DNA of 64,000 bases from a virus (taxonomy: Duplodnaviria > Heunggongvirae > Uroviricota > Caudoviricetes). Shown here piece by piece: positions 57,559 to 64,000 of this stretch; position 1 is the stretch's first letter; each line of letters begins with the position of its first letter. The notes under the pieces were generated by a model. That model had not been told where the DNA came from, made no database searches, and was given only the letters and a program-made list of their open reading frames with translations. A program made the position numbers and the translations under genes. The stretch lies in the IMG/VR virus record IMGVR_UViG_3300006217_000002. One strand, 5' to 3'.

Positions 57559-60500
57559 TTAATCTGTCTTCAATTCAATCCATGCTCTACTAGATCTATA
57601 TACTAACTGACATGGAGAGTTTGCAGGATATGGAGTATCAAGCTTGAACTGTACAACTGCATTAGATTCGGTGCGTTCAATTACTTCAGGTTCATTGATT
57701 TTAATCATAGTACCATCACCCATCTTGACAGCAAATACATTCTTCTCTTTAGATACATTGATAGCGAAGTTCATGTCTTTCATCGGAGGATAAGGAATTG
57801 CAACCCATACATATTCAACCTGACCATGTTCATCAGCTCCATTAACAGAAACTGTGAATGCACTATATCCGGCCATACGGTTGATGATTGTCTCTTCATC
57901 AGGATCATCCGGATCAATTTCAGGTTTACCAGGACCAAATGAGATATCAGATTGACCAGTTCCTGGAACAGGATTAATTAATTGCCATCTTTCACCATCA
58001 AATACAAACATGTGTTCATGGTTCTTACCAATCATACCATCTGTAAGCGTTTTACCTCCAAAACGAACTTCTGCATCACCTGTTTCATTTACATTGAGAT
58101 ACGTTGGATTATCTCTGCCTCCGCTCTTATCTTCATTCTTAAACATAATAGATACTGTTGAACCTATTTGTCTCATAAATACAACAGGATTCATATAAGT
58201 AGATCTCAAAGTTGCAACTTTATGAGATTCATTTCCATTTGAATAACAATCACCCTTTATTACACCTATAGCATTTCTTCTAATCCACTCTGTATTAGCT
58301 ATACAATGATCATTAGAATCATCAGGAGGTGTAGGAGTTTTAGGTTCTCCAGTAAATTCATACTGATTATGAGCTTCATCAGGCCAATGCATAGGAGCAC
58401 GTGTAGTATCGGTAGGATGTCGGTGATCTCCTCTAGCATAATATCCGTCATCAGTACCTACAAACGGAATACCATCCATCAATGGATCAACATTTGTTGA
58501 ACGAGTATGTCCAAACAAATCAACAGTGGCTCTTCCAAAAGTACTTCCAGATGGAGAAGTATGAACCTTTGGAGCTTTTGTAAGATTCAGATAACGACCC
58601 ATATTCGCCGATAACGCAGCTATTTCATTACTTGATTCAAGGTGATCTATTACATCTATTCCTGACATATCATGGATTATCTGTAATACATCTTCTACGT
58701 CTGCTTTCTTTTGATTTAAGATACGACCCATATTAGCAGACAGCGGTCTATCTGTTTCATAGGAGATGAGATTATCAATTACAATAGATTTGACAAACTC
58801 TGTAGTTGCAATACGAACTGATCTATCTCCAACAGGTTGAGTTGTAGTTGTAGGAGATTCTCTTAAGTTAACAGATGCAATGATGTCATCTCCTGTAATT
58901 GTGTCAGGTATAATTGTAGCCTTAATATTTCCATCAGTATCTACATCTACTTTGATATTCTTACTATTTACACCTAAGTATTTAGTAACTAATCTCTTGA
59001 TGTTAATTCTATGCTCATCTGCATTAGGAAGTACGAGGACTAGTTCACTATTTACATCATCAAAGTAAAGAGATTTAAATATAGGAATAATAGGAATTTC
59101 CAAATCGAATTCTGTACCATCACGATAGTTGAAAGTAATTGTACAAGTACTATCTTCCCAACTTACATTAGCTACAAAATTATTATTACCAACATCTTCC
59201 TGAAGCAGATTCAGTTGTCTCTTAATTCGGTCTATAGCTTCTTGTGTAGCATCTGATATAGGTTTATCTTTATCAGATGTATTATCTACATTAGGTATTC
59301 CTAATTGTTCTAATGTTACATTATGAGGATTATTAAAATTAGAAATATGCTCCAAAAATAAAGAGTTAGAAACTGCACCAATCTGTTCAGGTGTAACTCT
59401 ATGAGGATTGTTGTAATCATTTAAGTGATCATTCAGTCTATTTCTTACAACTGCAATATCACCAAGATCTACAATAATCTGCTGAATTCTATCTTTAAGA
59501 AGATCGATTTGTTCTGTTGCAGCACGTTGAGTAATGAAACCATCAGAGTTAGTTCCAGTCTCATCATACCATTTAGGTCTTCCATTAATAGAATCCCAGT
59601 TGACAATTCCATCCGGTAATCCTCCACCAGCTAGAATATAATCTCCTAATACATCAGTTAGCGATTTCCATACTGTATCAAAATCATCATCACTAACTTT
59701 AACTAAGATATCATTAGCTGTACCACCATCAGGAACGCCTTCACCATCAGCTCCATCAAAGTAATCAACTCCTTTAATAGGAGAATAACCTTGAGGTCCT
59801 CTGATAGTCATAGGATCAGGAGCTGTAACTTCAGTAGATCTAGTCCACGTTAAAATTCCATCTGAAGAGATTATAGGTCTCCACATTAAAATGCTTTCAC
59901 CTGCATCTCCTCCTTCATCATCTGCTGCACTTCCATCAAACAGATTAATGAATCTTCCCTGCATCCATACATACATCTGAGTATCATAGTACCTGATTAC
60001 AAGATCACCAGGTTTCATTTCCTGTACTCCAACTTCTTGCCATACAAGACCAGGTTTCTTTACATAAATAATACAATCCTGAGTTTCATCAGTCGAGTAG
60101 TCGGTCGCTGGTTTTAATGCAAAATAAGTTAAAGTAGGATCTGTAACTTCAGGAAGCTCATCACCATGAGCCAATACATAGTTTGGATTCCAGTTAACAG
60201 ATTCATATTCAACTAATACAGCTGTATTAGTTCTATCATCATATTCAATGTTTTTATAATTGAAGAAAGAGTCTCTGATTTCTTTGATCATTTCATCAAT
60301 TTCTTTCCTACTATATGTTCCAACTTGATGGGCTGTTACATTATGAGGATTATTGATATCTAAAATGTGTTCATTTAAATCAGATTGATCTGCTTTCTTA
60401 TTCCAACTCTCCCTTTCATCCATAGTAATATGAACAAACTGATCTGTTATATGATGATTAAAATCTTGGGCTGGAGCCATACTATTCCATTTATCCCGTT

Positions 60501-60924
60501 CTTCTTCAGTGATGTGAATATCCTTATCACGCACATGTGCTTCAAAAGTTGCAGCAGAAACTTTTGTATCCATCATTTCTCCTACAGCTCTTTCCGAAGG
60601 AACTTTCGAATGAGACCTAGCATTAGGCTCTCTATTAATAGTTTTAATGATTTCAGTCTCACCTACAACGCCATCTATTCCACTCCATGTCATTAATTTA
60701 CCAGCACCGCCTCCAGAAAGAATTGGCTGCTTTTCTGCAATAAGTCTATATATGGCATTAATTTCTTCAGTGAGAGTAGTGGAATCATCATCGAAAGTTT
60801 TACGAATTGCATCATATACCGTTTTAGGATATGTATAGTCATAATCATAAACGGGAATTGGTTCTTGCTTTCCATCCAGATAAATTCTGGACTGAACAAT
60901 TCTTCTTTCTTTCAATCGTCCCAT
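57559..60924 (-). CDS. Long tail fibre protein
   Basis: Repeated H..D.NNPH.VT..Q.G and HITEEER.KWN fibre motifs, NVDNTSDKDKPIS, ALSANMG, YARGDHRHPTDTTRA. Confidence 0.85.
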   Translation of the reverse strand: MGRLKERRIVQSRIYLDGKQEPIPVYDYDYTYPKTVYDAIRKTFDDDSTTLTEEINAIYRLIAEKQPILSGGGAGKLMTWSGIDGVVGETEIIKTINREPNARSHSKVPSERAVGEMMDTKVSAATFEAHVRDKDIHITEEERDKWNSMAPAQDFNHHITDQFVHITMDERESWNKKADQSDLNEHILDINNPHNVTAHQVGTYSRKEIDEMIKEIRDSFFNYKNIEYDDRTNTAVLVEYESVNWNPNYVLAHGDELPEVTDPTLTYFALKPATDYSTDETQDCIIYVKKPGLVWQEVGVQEMKPGDLVIRYYDTQMYVWMQGRFINLFDGSAADDEGGDAGESILMWRPIISSDGILTWTRSTEVTAPDPMTIRGPQGYSPIKGVDYFDGADGEGVPDGGTANDILVKVSDDDFDTVWKSLTDVLGDYILAGGGLPDGIVNWDSINGRPKWYDETGTNSDGFITQRAATEQIDLLKDRIQQIIVDLGDIAVVRNRLNDHLNDYNNPHRVTPEQIGAVSNSLFLEHISNFNNPHNVTLEQLGIPNVDNTSDKDKPISDATQEAIDRIKRQLNLLQEDVGNNNFVANVSWEDSTCTITFNYRDGTEFDLEIPIIPIFKSLYFDDVNSELVLVLPNADEHRINIKRLVTKYLGVNSKNIKVDVDTDGNIKATIIPDTITGDDIIASVNLRESPTTTTQPVGDRSVRIATTEFVKSIVIDNLISYETDRPLSANMGRILNQKKADVEDVLQIIHDMSGIDVIDHLESSNEIAALSANMGRYLNLTKAPKVHTSPSGSTFGRATVDLFGHTRSTNVDPLMDGIPFVGTDDGYYARGDHRHPTDTTRAPMHWPDEAHNQYEFTGEPKTPTPPDDSNDHCIANTEWIRRNAIGVIKGDCYSNGNESHKVATLRSTYMNPVVFMRQIGSTVSIMFKNEDKSGGRDNPTYLNVNETGDAEVRFGGKTLTDGMIGKNHEHMFVFDGERWQLINPVPGTGQSDISFGPGKPEIDPDDPDEETIINRMAGYSAFTVSVNGADEHGQVEYVWVAIPYPPMKDMNFAINVSKEKNVFAVKMGDGTMIKINEPEVIERTESNAVVQFKLDTPYPANSPCQLVYRSSRAWIELKTD

Positions 60925-60985
60925 AACATATATTCACTCCTTTACTTAAGAATAACTTCAAAGATTATTAGGAGGTGGTTCTCTA

Positions 60986-62908
60986 ATGGGAGTTAATGTT
61001 GGAGATAGAGTCCAAATAAGAGATGGTGGCATAGATGTTACTAACGGCAAGAAAGCAAGAGCAGGATATAGATATGGAGAAGGAGGTCCAGATTTTGCTA
61101 CAGTAGAAGCTATTGTAGAGAACTGGAATACTGGAGGTAGATGGGGTCTACCAAATAGAGTTACTAAAGTAAGATGCTCAAATAGTGGAGTAGTTGTATG
61201 GCAAGTCCAGCCTCAAGATATAGCTGGGCAAAAAGTAGATGCTTCTCAGCCAGCTCCAGTACCTGCAAAACCGGCTCCTCCTCCATCTGTAACTATACCT
61301 GGAAAACCTAGAGTTGAACCGTCTAGACCTACTAAAAAATATCCTAATTCAGCTATAGGAGCATCAAAGAATCCTTATGCTATTTTAAAAGGATCTGAAG
61401 TATGGTCTGAAGATGGTGGTGTAAAAACTCAACAAAATACAGATCTAAATACAATACCTGATGTCACTTTAGAGAGTTCAAAAGTGACAGACGAAACTGC
61501 ATTCAGAGGTACAGGAGCATATCCTGTAAGATCATCTTTTAAAACTATAGATGCAGATGGTAAAATGAATGCAGATCAGATAAAAAAGACAGGAAGCAAA
61601 AACGTTTCAATAGACAAGAAAATTCAAGTTTCCACATTTAGTACAGCATGGGAAGAAACTGATAAGAGAAATGAAATGCTTAATAAAAAGAAAGGGTTAA
61701 TTCAGAATAGTTATAATTTTCCTTTTTATGTTGGACAGAGCGGAAATCTTCCTGCAAAATACGATTACAGAATACTTGTTGGTGACCCTAGGTATACTCA
61801 CGGACCAACATACAATCTTGAAGATAAGTTAATGGAGTTAAGAACTGAGTTAGGTATTCCTGTTCATGGTAATAATCAAATTGCTAAAGCAATGAAATAT
61901 TATATGTATAATAGGTATAAAATACCTGACAAAAATCTAGCTCATAATAAAACCGTAACTCATGTATTCTTTACAAGACCAGATTTAAATTTGTTAAAGC
62001 AAGCTGCTCAAGGATATACAGCTAACGAGCAAATTATGAATCATACTGAAGCTGCAATGTTATGGAGAAGACATCCAGAATTATTTAAACTTCTATCTGA
62101 TAGATCTCATTGTGGAGATGAGAATAACTTCAATTTGTTATTGTCAAATCAAGTTCAATCTTTTGATATTCAGGATGAAACGTTAACTACTAATAGAGCT
62201 GGAAAATCATGGAATGAATATGAAATGCAATATGGTGATGCTTATTCTGGAAGAACAGCTGGAGAATTTTCATGTGAGTTTCTTGATACATCTGAGTTTG
62301 AAATTATTAACTTAATGAAGCTATGGATAACATATATTGACAATGTGGCCAGAGGCGCATGGTCTCCATCATATAGTCTGTCTGGAATGAGTAAGACTAA
62401 TATTAATGCAAGTCATGTATATTCAAAAACTCTTGATTATGCTTCGTCAGCTTACGTTTTCAAGTGTGGCCCTGATGGGGAAGATGTACTATATTGGTCT
62501 AAGTATTATGGAATATTTCCTATTAATACTGGTGCAAATGCATTGTCATGGAGTTTAGGAACTCCTATAGGCGATCCTCAGAAACTCAATATAAGATTCG
62601 CTTATTGTTATAAAAGAGATATGTCTCCGATTTCGCTTATTGAGTTTAATAATGCCTCTGGAGTAACAACCGATAATCCTAAATATGAACCTGCATTCAA
62701 TGTTAATTTAGGTCATACTGGAAGACCTTATGTTGGTGCACCTTTCATTGAAATAGATTTAGGATATCCATCTTTAACTTCTAATGATGTTAATAGAACT
62801 GGTAAGAGAACTCAGATAAGATTGAAATTTAGGAGAGATAATAAACAATCTAGATCTGACTCTATTCTATTTAAGGCAGAAGGAAGATTGAATAAGAATC
62901 AATTATAA
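60986..62908 (+). CDS. Putative baseplate hub/tail-tube-initiator protein with N-terminal SH3-like domain
   Basis: VNVGDRVQI N-domain, Pro-rich linker, HVFFTRPDLNL..YWSKYYGIFP tube-like region; upstream of the wedge gene. Confidence 0.55.
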   Translation: MGVNVGDRVQIRDGGIDVTNGKKARAGYRYGEGGPDFATVEAIVENWNTGGRWGLPNRVTKVRCSNSGVVVWQVQPQDIAGQKVDASQPAPVPAKPAPPPSVTIPGKPRVEPSRPTKKYPNSAIGASKNPYAILKGSEVWSEDGGVKTQQNTDLNTIPDVTLESSKVTDETAFRGTGAYPVRSSFKTIDADGKMNADQIKKTGSKNVSIDKKIQVSTFSTAWEETDKRNEMLNKKKGLIQNSYNFPFYVGQSGNLPAKYDYRILVGDPRYTHGPTYNLEDKLMELRTELGIPVHGNNQIAKAMKYYMYNRYKIPDKNLAHNKTVTHVFFTRPDLNLLKQAAQGYTANEQIMNHTEAAMLWRRHPELFKLLSDRSHCGDENNFNLLLSNQVQSFDIQDETLTTNRAGKSWNEYEMQYGDAYSGRTAGEFSCEFLDTSEFEIINLMKLWITYIDNVARGAWSPSYSLSGMSKTNINASHVYSKTLDYASSAYVFKCGPDGEDVLYWSKYYGIFPINTGANALSWSLGTPIGDPQKLNIRFAYCYKRDMSPISLIEFNNASGVTTDNPKYEPAFNVNLGHTGRPYVGAPFIEIDLGYPSLTSNDVNRTGKRTQIRLKFRRDNKQSRSDSILFKAEGRLNKNQL

Positions 62909-62935
62909 AATAATAAGAAAGGAGTTGAAATATAA

Positions 62936-64000
62936 ATGCTGGAAAAAATTGGAAATAAAGACGTTGTAGTCCATAATTATACCAGTAATTTTGATGTAAA
63001 AGAATTCATCCAGGAAGTGTTAATTCCAAGGGCATTTCCTGGAATCCCTATGAATAAATTGAATGTCGGATTCAATGGTGTTATTTCAGAATACGTAGGC
63101 CAAGCTATAGAAGATTCGCATGCCACTGGAGCATTAATGCTTAATGAAGCTTTTATAACTAAAGCAATGCTACCTAAATCTATATATGCAGAAGCTTCAG
63201 CTTACGACTTGGGATATACTTTTGCTACACCATCTCGTTGTGATTTCGCACTTCAGTTATCTCTTACAGACGTAATTAGGTATTCAACAAGAGTTCCAAA
63301 TAGTAGTATCATGAGATATGTATTGGATAAAGATACAAAACTTATGCTTGGTGATAGTAATTACAAACTTGATTATGATATCATTATTGATCACATGATG
63401 CAAGATGGTAAAAGAATTTTCAAAATTTATTATGATATGACAGAAGAAAATTCAATATCAACTGTCACAAGTAAATATATTAAACACCAAGCTACAATTA
63501 TCGATTGGCTTGTATTATTCTTAAATCTCAGAGAATTTGACCGTAAGAAAGATGATGTACCTCTTACAGATAATCTCATCACTACTAATAGTGAAGTTGA
63601 ATTATCATGGACTGGTCAAATTGCTGGAATTGATTTGGTATATATAAATCCATACGGAGAACGTATGCCAATGAAAATGAAGATTGAGAATACTAAAGCT
63701 GACGTAAAACCATTTGTATGGTATCGATTTGAAAACGATAATAAAATAGTTTTATCATTCTCATCTAATGATGGATATTGGATGCCTGATTTTAACTCAA
63801 AGATTGAATATACTATTTATACATGCAGAGGTTCTGAAGCTAATTTTGATATGTATAATAGTAAATCTGGTGTACCTGTTCAAAAAACTGGTGAGAGATA
63901 CTCATACAATGCTAGTACAAAAATGGTAGCATTGTGTTATGGAGGATCTGTAGGAGGTATTGATAAAGGGGATGTGGAAGATCTTCGCAGTGATGTTATT
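62936..64000 (+). CDS. Large baseplate wedge protein (T4 gp6-like), truncated by the window end
   Basis: RBS AAAGGAG; open frame MLEKIGNK..LNEAFITKAMLPKSIYAEAS..FATPSRC running to the window end. Confidence 0.65.
   Translation, partial: MLEKIGNKDVVVHNYTSNFDVKEFIQEVLIPRAFPGIPMNKLNVGFNGVISEYVGQAIEDSHATGALMLNEAFITKAMLPKSIYAEASAYDLGYTFATPSRCDFALQLSLTDVIRYSTRVPNSSIMRYVLDKDTKLMLGDSNYKLDYDIIIDHMMQDGKRIFKIYYDMTEENSISTVTSKYIKHQATIIDWLVLFLNLREFDRKKDDVPLTDNLITTNSEVELSWTGQIAGIDLVYINPYGERMPMKMKIENTKADVKPFVWYRFENDNKIVLSFSSNDGYWMPDFNSKIEYTIYTCRGSEANFDMYNSKSGVPVQKTGERYSYNASTKMVALCYGGSVGGIDKGDVEDLRSDVI

Noticed and set aside
1422-60899. Many short antisense or alternate-frame ORFs in the ORF track (e.g. 3056-3370, 19723-20193, 22204-22812, 53156-53734)
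   Set aside because: They lie within longer, well-supported genes, lack RBSs and show shadow-ORF composition
1-64000. Stop-codon reassignment as in some gut phages
   Set aside because: Conserved genes are full length in the standard code, and TAG/TGA stops coincide with gene ends, downstream RBSs or terminators
1-64000. tRNA, rRNA, introns or inteins
   Set aside because: Intergenic gaps are short and filled by hairpins and promoters; nrdD and the RNAP gene read continuously with no recognisable intein motifs; no covariance search was run

Overview
An AT-rich, densely coding segment of a jumbo tailed phage of the phiKZ/AR9-PBS1-like type, read in the standard genetic code. The host is probably an anaerobic Firmicute, inferred from strong GGAGG Shine-Dalgarno sites, a Gram-positive-type endolysin and a class III RNR. 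Hallmarks are a T4 gp21-like prohead protease, a large portal, many predicted head-internal proteins with E|S/A-type propeptides, the N-terminal half of a split RNA polymerase beta subunit, a GroEL-like chaperonin, RNase H, SbcD, RusA, dCTP deaminase, and baseplate and tail-fibre genes. Best candidate for an undescribed system: a terminator-bounded 7-gene operon (46791-52821, minus strand) directly downstream of the tail-fibre genes. It pairs a 187-aa protein ending in CHSR-CHSN-CHSD-CHSK with two SPASM/twitch-type radical SAM enzymes and a HemN-like radical SAM enzyme, suggesting RiPP-like modification of a probable virion protein. Other notable items: three paralogous, probably head-packaged kinase-fold proteins beside a Ser/Thr phosphatase, two of which share an exact 53-bp block over the predicted cleavage site; a glutaredoxin-NrdD-NrdG-ferredoxin:thioredoxin-reductase module; a YwqG/DUF1963 domain fused to a head protein; a shared domain linking the tail fibre to an Ig/LRR adhesin; and two promoter classes. 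All family calls come from motif recognition by eye; no database searches were run.
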